Shown piece after piece: positions 26,034 to 35,623 of a stretch of 64,000 nucleotides of DNA. Position numbers and translations under genes: made by a program. This DNA comes from an uncultured Rhodothermaceae bacterium. Its GTDB lineage: Bacteria; Bacteroidota; Rhodothermia; Rhodothermales; DASSAV01. The stretch's first letter is position 1. The number at the start of each line of letters is the position of its first letter. The notes under the pieces were generated by a model. That model was given only the letters and a program-made list of their open reading frames with translations, was not told the DNA's origin and made no database searches. The stretch is from the NCBI GenBank assembly GCA_965363675.1, contig CBDTTW010000001.1:1836-65835 (forward strand). Reading direction: 5' to 3'.

Positions 26034-28004
26034 ATGATTCCCGCCTCCGCCGACCCGACCACCCTTGCCGACTCCCGGCCGCAGTCGCCCGAGGCGGCGG
26101 AAGCGGTGTACCACGTGCGCGAGTGGGGAGCGGGCTATTTTTTCGTGAACGACGAGGGCCATGCCGCCGTGCGCCCCGAGGCCGCGCAAAAGCTCGCCAT
26201 CGACATCTACGACGTGGTGCAGGAACTGCGTTCGAGCGGGGCGCCCTTGCCGCTGCTGATCCGCTTCAACGATCTGCTTCATACGCGCGTAGCCCGGCTG
26301 AACGAGTCGTTCCGGCAGGCCATCCAGCGCACGGCCTACCGAAGCCGCTACGAGGGCGTGTTTCCGGTGAAGGTGAATCAGCTCCGCGAGGTCGTCGAGG
26401 AGATCCTGGAAGCCGGGGCGAGCTACCGCTACGGGCTGGAGTGCGGCTCGAAGGCGGAGCTGGCCGCCACGCTGCCCTACGTCGCCTCGAACGAGATGCT
26501 GTTGATCTGCAACGGCGCCAAGGACGAGCCGATGATGCGGCTCATGCTGGCGGCGCAGAAGCTCGGCAAAAACGTACTGCCTGTGCTGGAGCGCCAGGAC
26601 GAAATCCGGATGCTGAGCCGCCTGGCCCGCGAGGCCGACGTAGACGCGCGCTTCGGCGTGCGCGTGCGCCTGGCGACGGCGGGCGCGGGGCTGTGGTCCG
26701 AAAGCGGCGGCGAGCACTCGAAGTTCGGGCTTTCGCTGGCCGAACTGACGGCGCTCGTGGAGCGGCTGCGCGCCGAGGGGCGCGCGCACCAGCTCCGGCT
26801 GCTGCATTTCCACCTCGGCAGCCAGATCGCCGACCTCTCGAACGTCCGCGAAGCCGTGGAGGAGGGGGGGCGGCTCTATGCGGAGTTGTACCGGCGCGGC
26901 ATCTGGCTGCATTACCTCGACATCGGCGGAGGGCTGGGCATCAGCTACGAGGCGGGCAACCCCGACGCGCCCGGCAGCATCAACTACGGCCTGGACGACT
27001 ATACGCACGCCGTGATCTCGGCGCTCAAGGAAGTCTGCGACCGTGAGGGCGTGCCGCACCCGATTGTCGTCTCGGAAAGCGGGCGCGCCGTGGCCGCCTT
27101 TCACTCGGTGCTGATCGTAGAGGCCATCGACGTGCGGCGGCAGGCCGTCGAGGAGCTTCCGGCGGCAGGGGTGGATGCCGAGGCCACGCGGCGTATGCAT
27201 GCGCTGGAGCAGGCCGCCGCCGACGCCGCCGACGCCGAAGCCCTCGCAGCCCTGCGCCGCGCCTCGGCGGCGCTGCACCAGAGCGCCCTGGCGCAGTTTC
27301 GCAAAGGCGCGCTGACGCTCGAGGAGAAAGCCGCCTTCGACCTGCGTCACCGCGCCTTCCTCCAGGCGCTCCGCGCGCAGGCCGAGGCGCTTGCTCTCGA
27401 AGAACTGCCGCCCGACCTGGCCGATTTGCCCCTGCACGAGCCCGACCACTACCTCTGCAATTTCTCGGTCTTTCGCTCGCTCTCGGACTACTGGGCCATC
27501 GGCCAGCGCTTCCCGATCATGCCGATCCACCGGCTGCTCGAAGCGCCCGCCCGGCGCGGCAAGCTCGTCGATCTCACCTGCGACTCGGACGGGCAAGTCA
27601 CCGACTACATATCGCGTACGGGCCATAAGCATTTCCTGGAGTTGCACCCGCTCGACCCCCGCGAGCCGTACTTCCTCGGCATTTTCCTGACGGGCGCCTA
27701 CCAGGACATCATGGGCGACATGCACAACCTGTTCGGCCGGGTCACGGAGGCCCACGTCTACGCCGACGCCGAGGAGCCGCAGAACTTCTACGTCGAAACC
27801 ATCCTGCCGGGCGCGCTCATCGAGGAGCAACTGGCCTTGGTGCAGTACTTCCCGAACGACCTGGAGCGGCGCATGGGCAAGATGATCCAGGCCGGGGTGC
27901 GCGCCGGGGTGCTGCGGCCCAAGGAGGGCGTGGCGATGCTGGAGCAGTACCGCCGCGTGTTCCGCGAGTACACGTACATGAACACCTCCCGCACGGAAGA
28001 ATAG
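26034..28004 (+). CDS. speA: Biosynthetic arginine decarboxylase
   Basis: 'Y.V..WG.GYF.VN..GH..V.P', PLP-lysine context 'GVFPVKVNQ', and the expected length of about 650 aa. Confidence 0.95.
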   Translation: MIPASADPTTLADSRPQSPEAAEAVYHVREWGAGYFFVNDEGHAAVRPEAAQKLAIDIYDVVQELRSSGAPLPLLIRFNDLLHTRVARLNESFRQAIQRTAYRSRYEGVFPVKVNQLREVVEEILEAGASYRYGLECGSKAELAATLPYVASNEMLLICNGAKDEPMMRLMLAAQKLGKNVLPVLERQDEIRMLSRLAREADVDARFGVRVRLATAGAGLWSESGGEHSKFGLSLAELTALVERLRAEGRAHQLRLLHFHLGSQIADLSNVREAVEEGGRLYAELYRRGIWLHYLDIGGGLGISYEAGNPDAPGSINYGLDDYTHAVISALKEVCDREGVPHPIVVSESGRAVAAFHSVLIVEAIDVRRQAVEELPAAGVDAEATRRMHALEQAAADAADAEALAALRRASAALHQSALAQFRKGALTLEEKAAFDLRHRAFLQALRAQAEALALEELPPDLADLPLHEPDHYLCNFSVFRSLSDYWAIGQRFPIMPIHRLLEAPARRGKLVDLTCDSDGQVTDYISRTGHKHFLELHPLDPREPYFLGIFLTGAYQDIMGDMHNLFGRVTEAHVYADAEEPQNFYVETILPGALIEEQLALVQYFPNDLERRMGKMIQAGVRAGVLRPKEGVAMLEQYRRVFREYTYMNTSRTEE

Positions 28005-28122
28005 CGGCCGCTGCGATAACGTAAACAAGGCGTTACGCAAAGCCCCCGGCGCAACCGCGCGCGCAGTCGGCGCTTAAAGAAAGGAGAGACGCTTTTCCTT
28101 TCCGCCCAAGCCCCGCACGCTC

Positions 28123-28281
28123 ATGCCCCGTGGACGCCTGATCGGCCTCATTATCGGCCTTGCCTTCCTGGCCCTGGCGCTGGCCTTCTTCAAGTCCTGC
28201 CGTGAATCCGACGGCGACATCGAGGTCAACGGCGCCGGCGCCCCGATCAGCAGCGCCACCGGGCGAAGCTGGAACGTCTGA
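28123..28281 (+). CDS. Possible 52-aa membrane peptide (not in the ORF track)
   Basis: MPRGRLIGLIIGLAFLALALAFFKSCRESDG... has one clear TM helix and GC-rich third positions. No convincing RBS. Confidence 0.3.
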   Translation: MPRGRLIGLIIGLAFLALALAFFKSCRESDGDIEVNGAGAPISSATGRSWNV

Positions 28282-28441
28282 GCGCAGGGACTTTCCCGTT
28301 CCTAAGGTCGGGAGGCGCAAAGTTTTTCTTTTTTGACCTTAGCTCCGGAATTCGTTAGAACAACGGAACAGGTTCATGGAATCTCAACACGGCAACGGCT
28401 GCTACAATCTGATAGCGTAGTTCAATCGGGGGAGCAAGACC

Positions 28442-28702
28442 ATGATAGAGTTACTGGTACTGATGGTAGGAGCCATGCCCTTCATCATCGGGCTGCTGGC
28501 CTTGCGCAAGATGCGCAAGCGCAACGACACCGGCTCCGACGATATGCCGCCGCCGCCCGACCCGCAGCCGCCGCTCCCGCTGCTGCCTTCCACCCCGGAG
28601 ACGCGCCGCAGCCATCGCCACCGACCCGTCATGACGGACCGCGGGCCGGCGCCCAAGGCGCGCGTCGCAGCCCCCGGCTGGAGCCACCGCGTCCGGTGCT
28701 GA
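28442..28702 (+). CDS. Possible 86-aa membrane protein with a proline-rich tail
   Basis: MIELLVLMVGAMPFIIGLLAL, then RKMRKR, then a P-rich disordered tail. The first codons are atypically AT-ending. Confidence 0.35.
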   Translation: MIELLVLMVGAMPFIIGLLALRKMRKRNDTGSDDMPPPPDPQPPLPLLPSTPETRRSHRHRPVMTDRGPAPKARVAAPGWSHRVRC

Positions 28703-28772
28703 CGGCTATGCGCCCCCGACATTCGCCGCAGTCGCTGCGGCCATGCCGGCGGCGCACGTAGAACGCTGACCC

Positions 28773-28807
28773 CAACGGGGAGCCTGAGCCTTCAGGCTCC
28801 CCGTTGC
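28773..28807. terminator. Perfect 14-bp hairpin overlapping the 3' end of the DsbA-like gene (bidirectional terminator candidate)
   Basis: caacggggagcctg ... caggctccccgttg. No strong T-tract on either side. Confidence 0.5.
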
Positions 28808-29442
28808 GTTTCTTGCAGCGCCTGTTCGATGGCCTGCTCGAACACTTCGGCGGACTGCGCCCCCGAGATGCCCAGGCGGCCGTGAAGGATGTAGAACGGC
28901 ACGCCCCGGATGCCGAACTGCGCCGCCGTGCGCCCGCTCTCGCGGACGGCCTCGGCGCCGTCGTCGCTTTCGAGGTAGCGCGCCGCGATCTCAGCCTTGA
29001 TGCCGACTTCGGAGGCCAGGCGCACCAACTCGGCAGGGTCGTTCAGGCGGGCCCCTTCGCCGAAGTAGGCGCGGAACAGGCGCTCCGCCATTTCCGGCCC
29101 CAGGCCCAGGCGCTCGGCCAGCAGCACCAGCCGGTGCGCGTCGAGCGTGTTGGGGGCCGTGGCGACGCGCTCGAAGTCGAACAGGCAGCCCTCGGCGGCG
29201 CCGAGGGTCGCCACCTGCTCGAACATGGCGGCGGCGCGGTGCAGGCCGCCGAACTTTTCCTCGGCAAAAGCGCGCCACGGAAGGCCCTCCGGGGGCAAGT
29301 CGGGTTGCAACTGGAACGGTCGCCAGCGGCGCTCGGCGCGGAGGTCCTCGCGGCGGGCCAAAGCGGCTTCCAGGCGTTTGTCGCCGATATAGCACCACGG
29401 GCAGGCAATGTCGGCAAACACATCGATGCGAAGAAGCGGCAT
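28792..29442 (-). CDS. DsbA-family (FrnE-like) thiol oxidoreductase
   Basis: 'IDVFADIACPWCYIGDKRLEAAL' (CPWC active site) and 'GIRGVPFYIL'. Confidence 0.88.
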   Translation of the reverse strand: MPLLRIDVFADIACPWCYIGDKRLEAALARREDLRAERRWRPFQLQPDLPPEGLPWRAFAEEKFGGLHRAAAMFEQVATLGAAEGCLFDFERVATAPNTLDAHRLVLLAERLGLGPEMAERLFRAYFGEGARLNDPAELVRLASEVGIKAEIAARYLESDDGAEAVRESGRTAAQFGIRGVPFYILHGRLGISGAQSAEVFEQAIEQALQETQRGA

Positions 29443-29468
29443 GGGATCTCGGGGGATAAGGGCGCGCG

Positions 29469-30110
29469 CTAGTAGCTGACCATCGGGGCCTCATGCATGA
29501 AGCTGCGCTGCCGGACGGCGGCGAGCATGAAGTCTGCCACGTCGGCGCGGGAGATAGAGGCGAGCGCGCCGAGGCGCAGGTAGCCGGTGCGGTACACGCC
29601 TGTGCGGGGGCCATTGGTCAGGCGGGGCGGGCGCACGGCCGTCCAAGCGAGGTCGGACTGGCGCAGCCGTTGCAGCGCCTGCTCGAAGTCGGCCATGACG
29701 GCGTGGGCGAACGGCTCCGCGAAGGCTTGCAAAATCTGCCTGGAGGCCGGGGGCGGCGGGTCGAGCGGCATGGGCGCCCCGGCGCCGAGCATCATGACGA
29801 GCCGCAGCACCTTCCGGCGCTTCATCGCCTCGATGAGGCAGTCGGCGGCGCCTTGCATGAGGTTGGGCGGGCTGCCGGGGCGGCGGCCGATCACCGAGAG
29901 CACGGCATCGGCGCCCTCGACGGCGTCCTCCACGTCCTGAAGCTGCATCACGTCGGCGGTCCAGGGCTCCATGCACTCGTGCGGGGCGAGCCTCATGCGG
30001 CTGACGTCCCGTGCGACGGCCCGTACGTGCAGCCCCGTCTCAAGGGCCTGCTGCACCAGGCAGCCGCCCGTGCGCCCCGACGCGCCGAAGACGACGATGC
30101 GCTCAGCCAT
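29469..30110 (-). CDS. NAD(P)H-binding protein (atypical SDR, BVR-B/flavin reductase-like)
   Basis: 'IVVFGASGRTGGCLVQQAL..G..V.A.ARD'. Confidence 0.8.
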   Translation of the reverse strand: MAERIVVFGASGRTGGCLVQQALETGLHVRAVARDVSRMRLAPHECMEPWTADVMQLQDVEDAVEGADAVLSVIGRRPGSPPNLMQGAADCLIEAMKRRKVLRLVMMLGAGAPMPLDPPPPASRQILQAFAEPFAHAVMADFEQALQRLRQSDLAWTAVRPPRLTNGPRTGVYRTGYLRLGALASISRADVADFMLAAVRQRSFMHEAPMVSY

Positions 30111-30573
30111 GGGCTGCCGGGGTTTCCGAGCGGCGCGGCGCGTACCACACCAGCCCGAGCACGACGGCCGCCACGGCGATGTGCATCACGTTGAGCGCCA
30201 CGAGCATTTTGACCGGGGCCGCCGGAATGCCGAGGGGCATGGCAAAGGATACCAGCAGCAGCAGCAGGGCCAGGCCGGTAAAAATGCGCCGCGCGCCGGT
30301 CAGGAAGCGCCGCATGAGGGCATAGAGCAAAACGCCTCCGGCGGCCGTGACGGCAGAGCTGACGACTACGGGCGCGAGCGTGATGGGCGCCCCCGCGTTC
30401 GGCACGATCACCTCTTGCGGGATCATGTCCAACGCAAGGAAGACGTAGTACAGCACACCGTTCAGGACAATGGCCCCGGCGACGGCGGCCGGGACCAGCC
30501 CGACAAGGGGCAGGGAGCGGGGAGGCGCTGCGGCAGAGGGCATGGCAGTTCGCATCGGTTGGGGCCTTTGCAT
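30103..30573 (-). CDS. Four-helix integral membrane protein (DUF6069-like)
   Basis: Hydrophobic segments 'LVGLVPAAVAGAIVLNGVLYYVFL', 'PVVVSSAVTAAGGVLLYALM', 'IFTGLALLLLLVSFAMPL' and 'ALNVMHIAVAAVVLGLVWY'. It overlaps the downstream gene by 8 nt. The start codon is uncertain. Confidence 0.55.
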   Translation of the reverse strand: MQRPQPMRTAMPSAAAPPRSLPLVGLVPAAVAGAIVLNGVLYYVFLALDMIPQEVIVPNAGAPITLAPVVVSSAVTAAGGVLLYALMRRFLTGARRIFTGLALLLLLVSFAMPLGIPAAPVKMLVALNVMHIAVAAVVLGLVWYAPRRSETPAAHG

Positions 30574-30708
30574 GATACTGACGTTTATATCCGCGAAAAT
30601 TGCATCCCCAGCGCCGTCGTAGGCATGTTACATTTCGGCTCCGGCGCAAGCGGCGCGCTCGTTGGCCGGGGCGGCTTTCCATTTTCATCGGCTATCGGGG
30701 CATCCCTC

Positions 30709-31572
30709 ATGAGCGCTTCTTCCATCCTGATCACCGGAGCCACCGGCAACGTCGGCCTGGAAACGGCGCGCCTCCTGGCCGCTCGGGGCGTCGCCTTCAC
30801 GGCGGCGGCGCGCGCGCCCGAGCGCGCCGCAGGCGTGCTGCCGCCGGCCGCGCCGGCCGTGGCGTTCGACTTCGAGAAGCCCGAGACGTTCGAGCCGGCT
30901 TTGCAAGGCGGGCGCAAGGTGCTGCTGGTGCGTCCGCCCGCCATCTCCGACATCGAGGCGACGGTGCAGCCGTTCCTCGCGGCGGCCGAGCGCGCCGGGG
31001 TCGAGCACGTCGTGTTTCTCTCGCTGCTCGGCGCCGAACGCATCAAGGTCGTGCCGCACCGCCGCATCGAGGAGGCGCTGCTGCGCGGCGGCATGGCCCA
31101 TACGTTTCTGCGAGCCAGCTTTTTCATGCAGAACCTGACGACCACCCACCGCGACGACATCCGGCGGGGCGAGATCGTCGTGCCGGCAGGGAGCGGCCGC
31201 ACCAGCTTCATCGACGTGCGCGACATCGCGGAGGTAGGGGCGGCGGCGCTTCTGGAGCCGGGGCACGCCGGCAAAGCGTACGAGCTGACCGGCGCCGAAG
31301 CGCTGCGCTACGACGAGGCGGTCGCCATCCTCTCCGACGTGCTCGGGCGCACGATTCGCTACCGCCGCCCTTCGCTCATGCGTTTCGCCCGGCACATGCG
31401 CCGCGAGGGACACCCGTGGGGCTTCATCCTGGTGATGGCGGGCATCTACACCACGGCGCGCCTCGGCCTGGCCGCCGAGGTCGCGCCGGACGTGCAGCGG
31501 GTGCTGGGGCGGCCGCCCATCTCCTTCCGGCAGTTCGCTGAGGACTACCGTGAGGCGTGGGCGCCCGCCTGA
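30709..31572 (+). CDS. NmrA-like/NAD(P)H-binding atypical SDR
   Basis: Start re-picked at MSASSILITGATGNVGLETARLLAARG. The track ORF is over-extended by 246 codons. Confidence 0.8.
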   Translation: MSASSILITGATGNVGLETARLLAARGVAFTAAARAPERAAGVLPPAAPAVAFDFEKPETFEPALQGGRKVLLVRPPAISDIEATVQPFLAAAERAGVEHVVFLSLLGAERIKVVPHRRIEEALLRGGMAHTFLRASFFMQNLTTTHRDDIRRGEIVVPAGSGRTSFIDVRDIAEVGAAALLEPGHAGKAYELTGAEALRYDEAVAILSDVLGRTIRYRRPSLMRFARHMRREGHPWGFILVMAGIYTTARLGLAAEVAPDVQRVLGRPPISFRQFAEDYREAWAPA

Positions 31573-31588
31573 AAAGTCTCTGCCAAGC

Positions 31589-32788
31589 CTATGCCTCGAT
31601 TTCTTGGGTGACCTCGCCGGTGCGGACGTTCTTGCGGATGCGCTTGACGGCCCCGTCCGGCATGCGCTCCTCCTTGATGAGCACGTATTCGCCGTCGGCG
31701 GCTTCCGGCTGCGCTCCCGAGGCGACGGATCCGCCGCGCCAGTCGTCCAGGTCCACCGGCGTCCAGGCTTTTTCGCGCGCCGAGCGGTAGCACGCGTCGA
31801 GGACGGCGTTGACGACGTAGCCGTCGTAGAAGGTTTCCATGGGCGGGCGCTGCGCATCCATCGCGTTGAACATGTCGTCGAACATGTGCGCATAGCCCAG
31901 CGCGTGCGGCTCGTCGCCGACGGGGAACAGCCAGCCGCTTTCCGACTCGACTTTTTCGGCCACGTAGCCGCCGGCTCCTCCGGTCGTGAACATCTCGAAG
32001 CCGGTGCGCAGCCAGTGGTTGAGCATGATCGTGCCCTGCGTGCCCGACACCTCGTCGCGCAAATCCATGCCGCCCCGGAAAGCCCAGCTCACCTCGAACT
32101 GGCCTACGGCGCCGCTCTCGAAGCGGATCAGGGCGATGCCGTGGTCCTCGGCCTCGATGGGATGCACGAGCGTATCGGCCCAGCACACCACCTCGACCGG
32201 CCGGTTGCCCTTGCCGACGAAGCAGCGGATGATCTCGGCGCAGTGGCAGCCCATGTCGATCATGGCCCCGCCGCCGGCGCGCGCGGCGTCCCAGAACCAG
32301 GCGCTGTGCGGCCCCGGGTGCGTCTCGCGCGAGCGCACCCAGAGCACCTTGCCCACGGCGCCCTGTTGCACCGACGCGATGGACTTGAGCGTCTTGGGGG
32401 TGTACACCAGGTCCTCCAGGTACCCGTGAAAGACGCCCGCTTTCTCTACGGCTGCGAGCATGCGGCGGGCCTCGGCGGCGTTGCGGCCGAGCGGCTTGGT
32501 GCACAGCACCGCCTTGCCCGCCTCGGCGGCCAGCCGCACGGCCTCCTCGTGCCGGTCGTTGGGGATGCCGACGACCACCACGTCCGTCGTCTCGTCCCGG
32601 ATCGCGGCGGCCAAGTCGGTGGTGTGGCGCGGGATCTTCCACTCGGAGGCGAAGGCCGCCGCCCGCTCTTCCCGCTGCGAGTAGACCATGCCCACCGTGT
32701 CGCGGCTGCGCCGCCCGAGGATGGTCTGAGTGTAGAACGACGCGATGAGGCCCGTTCCGAGCATCGTGATGCAGTGTTGTGCAGGCAT
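31589..32788 (-). CDS. Gfo/Idh/MocA-family oxidoreductase (cytosolic, no signal peptide)
   Basis: '[13 protein letters not shown]', '[29 protein letters not shown]' and a C-terminal alpha/beta domain. Confidence 0.88.
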   Translation of the reverse strand: MPAQHCITMLGTGLIASFYTQTILGRRSRDTVGMVYSQREERAAAFASEWKIPRHTTDLAAAIRDETTDVVVVGIPNDRHEEAVRLAAEAGKAVLCTKPLGRNAAEARRMLAAVEKAGVFHGYLEDLVYTPKTLKSIASVQQGAVGKVLWVRSRETHPGPHSAWFWDAARAGGGAMIDMGCHCAEIIRCFVGKGNRPVEVVCWADTLVHPIEAEDHGIALIRFESGAVGQFEVSWAFRGGMDLRDEVSGTQGTIMLNHWLRTGFEMFTTGGAGGYVAEKVESESGWLFPVGDEPHALGYAHMFDDMFNAMDAQRPPMETFYDGYVVNAVLDACYRSAREKAWTPVDLDDWRGGSVASGAQPEAADGEYVLIKEERMPDGAVKRIRKNVRTGEVTQEIEA

Positions 32789-32878
32789 GGCGGCGATAGG
32801 CTGGTGAGGGAAGGAAGCGTTTTTTTCGGCGGCGGCGCGGCCGATAAAGCGGCTCCGGCATTTGCGCTTTGTCCGAAT

Positions 32879-32886
32879 GTACGTAC
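32879..32886. promoter_or_regulatory. Short palindrome GTACGTAC in the divergent Gfo/Idh/MocA-gntR intergenic region (possible HutC-type operator core)
   Basis: Perfect 8-bp palindrome 43 nt upstream of the gntR ATG. It is short and therefore weak evidence. Confidence 0.25.
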
Positions 32887-32928
32887 CTTTGCACCAGCGA
32901 ACAACAACCCCCCGTCACGCTTGCGCCG

Positions 32929-33672
32929 ATGATAGACCCCGCGCGTCCGTTGCCGCTGTACCGCCAGGTCGAGGCCGAGCTGCGCCGGCTCCTGCGCAGC
33001 GGCAAAACGCCTCCCGGCGCGATGCTGCCCTCCGAGGCCGAGCTATGCCGGCGCTTCGGCGTGAGCCGCCACACGCTGCGCATGGCCGTCGGCAAGCTGG
33101 AGGACGACCGGCTCATCAAGCGCACGGCGGGGCGGGGCACGCTCGTGCTGGACGCGGCGCCGCGCCGACGCTTCTACCTCGACCAGAGCTTCACGCAGCA
33201 AATGGCGGACCTGGGGCGCAAGGCGGCATCTGTCGTGCTGCTGTCCGAGGTAGGGCCGGCGACCGAGGAGGAGTGCGCCGCCGCCGACCTGGCCCCCGGG
33301 GTCGCCGTGTTCCGGCTCAAGCGGGTGCGCCTCGGCGACGGGGCGCCGGTGGGCGTGCAGCGCCTGATCCTCCCGGCGGAAGCCTGCCCGGGCATCGAGA
33401 CGGTCGATTTCAGCGCGCATTCCGTCTACGAGGTCCTGGCGAGCCGCTTCGGCATCGTCGTGGGCGCCATACGGCACACCGTCTCGGCGACCCTCGCCGA
33501 CGCGCCCACGGCGGCGCTCTTGGAGGCCCCGGTCGGCAGTCCGCTGCTGGCGGTGCGCACCTGGACCGGCTCGCGGCGCGGCGCGCTCATCGAATGCACG
33601 AGCAGCCTGTACCGCGCCGACCAGTTCGAGTTCAGCACCACGCATCACCCTCCGGACGCCCAACGCCCATGA
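32929..33672 (+). CDS. GntR-family (HutC subfamily, UTRA effector domain) transcriptional regulator
   Basis: Start re-picked at MIDPARPLPLYRQVEAELRRLL.SG....GAMLPSEAELCRRFGVSRHTLRMAV..L..D.LI.R..GRGT.V. The C-terminal UTRA-like domain has 'E.TSSLYRAD.F.F'. Confidence 0.9.
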   Translation: MIDPARPLPLYRQVEAELRRLLRSGKTPPGAMLPSEAELCRRFGVSRHTLRMAVGKLEDDRLIKRTAGRGTLVLDAAPRRRFYLDQSFTQQMADLGRKAASVVLLSEVGPATEEECAAADLAPGVAVFRLKRVRLGDGAPVGVQRLILPAEACPGIETVDFSAHSVYEVLASRFGIVVGAIRHTVSATLADAPTAALLEAPVGSPLLAVRTWTGSRRGALIECTSSLYRADQFEFSTTHHPPDAQRP

Positions 33673-34793
33673 CGCCCCGCTCCCGCGTGCTCGCCGCCCT
33701 CGACGGGCGCCCGGCCGACCGCATCCCGACAGCCCTTTGGGGAAGCTGGTACGGCGTCACGGACCGCCTTTACTTTCGCCTCCTGGAGCATCTGGGCTGG
33801 GAGCCGGCGCCGCCGTTCCGGCCGGAGAAGCTGCATTCGGTCAACTACTACGACGACCGCCTGCTCGCACGGCTCGGGACGGACGTGCGCCACGTGGACC
33901 CCGGCCCCGCCACCGTCACGGCGCGGCGCAGCCCGGAGGGCGTGGACGGCTGGGGCATCGGCTGGGACGACTCGGGGCTGTACCGCTCGGCGCGCGTGCA
34001 TCCGCTCGCGGCGGCGAGCGTCGCCGAGATTCTGGCGCATCCGATGCCCGGCCCCGACGCCGTGCAGGAGGCCGAGGTGCAGGCGCGCCTTGCCGCCATC
34101 GACGCCTTGGGCGACGAGTACGCCGTCTTCGGCCGGGCCGTCAGCTCGTACGGCTTGTTCGAAATGGCCCAGGCGCTGCGCAAGCACGACCAGCTTTTCC
34201 TCGACTTTTTCGATGCGCCCGAGGTCGTCGATGCGCTCGCCGGGCGCCTGGCGGATTGCTATCTGGGCCTCTACGAACGCTTCCTCGACCTCGCCGGCGA
34301 CCGCCTGGATGCGGTCGAGCTGCCGGGGGACGACTTTGCGGGCAATCAGCACCCGATCATCTCGCCGCGCATGTTCGACCGCTTTTTCGCCGAGCCGTAC
34401 CGCCGGCTCATCGGGGGCATCAAGCGCATGCGCCCCGGCGTCAAGGTCATTTTTCACTCGGACGGGGCTATCAAGCCGTTCTTGCCGCGCCTCATTGCGC
34501 TCGGCGTGGACGCCGTGCACCCGCTGGAACCTCTGCCCGCCACCGACATGGCCGCCATCCGCCGCGCGTTCGGCGGCCGCATCGCCTTCCTGGGCGGCAT
34601 CGACATCCGGGAGGCGCTGCAAGGCGGCCCGGAGCGCGTGCGCGCCGAGGTAGAGGCGCGCATCGACGCGCTCGGGCCGAGCGGCTACCTCCTTGCGCCC
34701 GCCAACCATCTTCAGTGGGACATTCCGCCCGAGAACGTGCTCACGCTTTTCGACCACGCCCAGCAGTATGGGCGCCTCACTCCCTTGACCTGA
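33669..34793 (+). CDS. Uroporphyrinogen decarboxylase (URO-D) family protein in a non-tetrapyrrole context
   Basis: Start re-picked at MTPRSRVLAALDGRPADRIP, overlapping the gntR stop as ATGA at 33669-33672. 'FHSDG.I.PFLP.LI.LGVDA.HPLEP' fits the family. Confidence 0.75.
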   Translation: MTPRSRVLAALDGRPADRIPTALWGSWYGVTDRLYFRLLEHLGWEPAPPFRPEKLHSVNYYDDRLLARLGTDVRHVDPGPATVTARRSPEGVDGWGIGWDDSGLYRSARVHPLAAASVAEILAHPMPGPDAVQEAEVQARLAAIDALGDEYAVFGRAVSSYGLFEMAQALRKHDQLFLDFFDAPEVVDALAGRLADCYLGLYERFLDLAGDRLDAVELPGDDFAGNQHPIISPRMFDRFFAEPYRRLIGGIKRMRPGVKVIFHSDGAIKPFLPRLIALGVDAVHPLEPLPATDMAAIRRAFGGRIAFLGGIDIREALQGGPERVRAEVEARIDALGPSGYLLAPANHLQWDIPPENVLTLFDHAQQYGRLTPLT

Positions 34794-34798
34794 ACCCT

Positions 34799-35623
34799 AT
34801 GACGACGGCGACCGCCTCGACCCCCACGCCCCCGCGCGAAGCCCTGGCCCCTGCGCTGGATTACCTCGCCGCCGGAGCGGCCATCCTGGAGCGCATCCGC
34901 GACACCCAACTCGACGCGCTCGACGCGGCGGCCGAGATCGCCGCCGACAGCATCGCCGGCGGCGGCCTGGTGCATTTGTTCGGCACGGGCCACTCGCGCA
35001 TCGCCATCGAGGAGATTTTCCCGCGCCACGGCTCGTTTCCGGGGTTCCACCCCATCGTCGAGCTGTCGCTGACGTTTCACAACATGGTGGTCGGCGCCAA
35101 CGGCCAGCGCCAGGCGATGCTGCTCGAACACGTCGAGCCGCTGGGCAAGGCCATCCTGCGCAACTTCGTGCTGCGGCCTCCGGACTCGTTCCTCATTTTC
35201 TCGAACAGCGGCGTCAACGAAGTCGTGGTCGAGGTGGCGCGCCTGGCGCAGGCGCAGGGCCTGCCGGTGGTGGCCGTCGTCTCCCGCGAGCACTGCGACG
35301 CTTCGCCGGCGCGCCACAGCTCGGGCATGAAGCTGCCCGACGCCGCCGACGTGACGATAGACAACTGCACCCCCGGCGGCGACGCCATGGTGACCGTGCC
35401 AGGCTTGCAGGACCCGGTGGGGCCGGGCTCGACCATCGGCCATGCGGCCGTGGCGAACGCGCTCAAGTGCCTCGTGGCCGACCGCCTCACCCGGCGCGGC
35501 CGGCCGCCCATCGTCCTGACGAGCAGCTACTTCGCGGGCGAGGAGCGTTCGAAGGAGCTGTTCGAGACGTGCTACGACGACTATCGCCGCCGCGTGGCGC
35601 GCGTCTACGGAGCCGGAGCATGA
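34799..35623 (+). CDS. SIS-domain protein (UPF0309/SIS_2-like sugar isomerase domain)
   Basis: Start re-picked at MTTATAS. 'GGLVHLFGTGHSRI', 'DSFLIFSNSGVNEVVVEVA..A...GLPVVAVVS' and 'VDNCTPGGDA'. Confidence 0.75.
   Translation: MTTATASTPTPPREALAPALDYLAAGAAILERIRDTQLDALDAAAEIAADSIAGGGLVHLFGTGHSRIAIEEIFPRHGSFPGFHPIVELSLTFHNMVVGANGQRQAMLLEHVEPLGKAILRNFVLRPPDSFLIFSNSGVNEVVVEVARLAQAQGLPVVAVVSREHCDASPARHSSGMKLPDAADVTIDNCTPGGDAMVTVPGLQDPVGPGSTIGHAAVANALKCLVADRLTRRGRPPIVLTSSYFAGEERSKELFETCYDDYRRRVARVYGAGA

Noticed and set aside
26019-28040. 673-aa minus-strand ORF, with similar long ORFs at 59622..62675, 35647..37842, 48334..50724, 5121..6590, 52787..54937 and 57965..59641
   Set aside because: Each is antisense or out of frame to a gene with strong family signatures (speA, GH3, the SDR/FAD genes, ydbT, the amidase, the kinase, kduI/kduD). 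All have R/G/A/P-rich compositions, so they are high-GC artefacts.
28288-28298. Minus-strand 'GGGAAAGUCCC', resembling the RNase P RNA 'GAGGAAAGUCCGGGC' core
   Set aside because: The flanking 350 nt lack the other universally conserved RNase P segments as far as I can recall them. They also overlap a plausible small ORF and the end of speA. An isolated 9-nt resemblance is expected by chance.
28411-28440. tRNA D-arm-like string 'gatagcgtagttcaatcggggga'
   Set aside because: No complementary D-stem, anticodon stem or T-arm (GTTCRANYC) follows, and the sequence runs straight into the ATG of the 28442 ORF.
29971-31572. Over-extended N-termini in the ORF track, for example 29971..31572, 32862..34793, 33737..35623, 35467..36396, 14005..15477 and 56368..58026
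   Set aside because: The upstream parts overlap neighbouring genes and translate to low-complexity sequence. Internal ATGs coincide with the canonical N-termini (Rossmann motifs, Tat leader, FGGY start) and often with ATGA coupling, so I used the shorter models.
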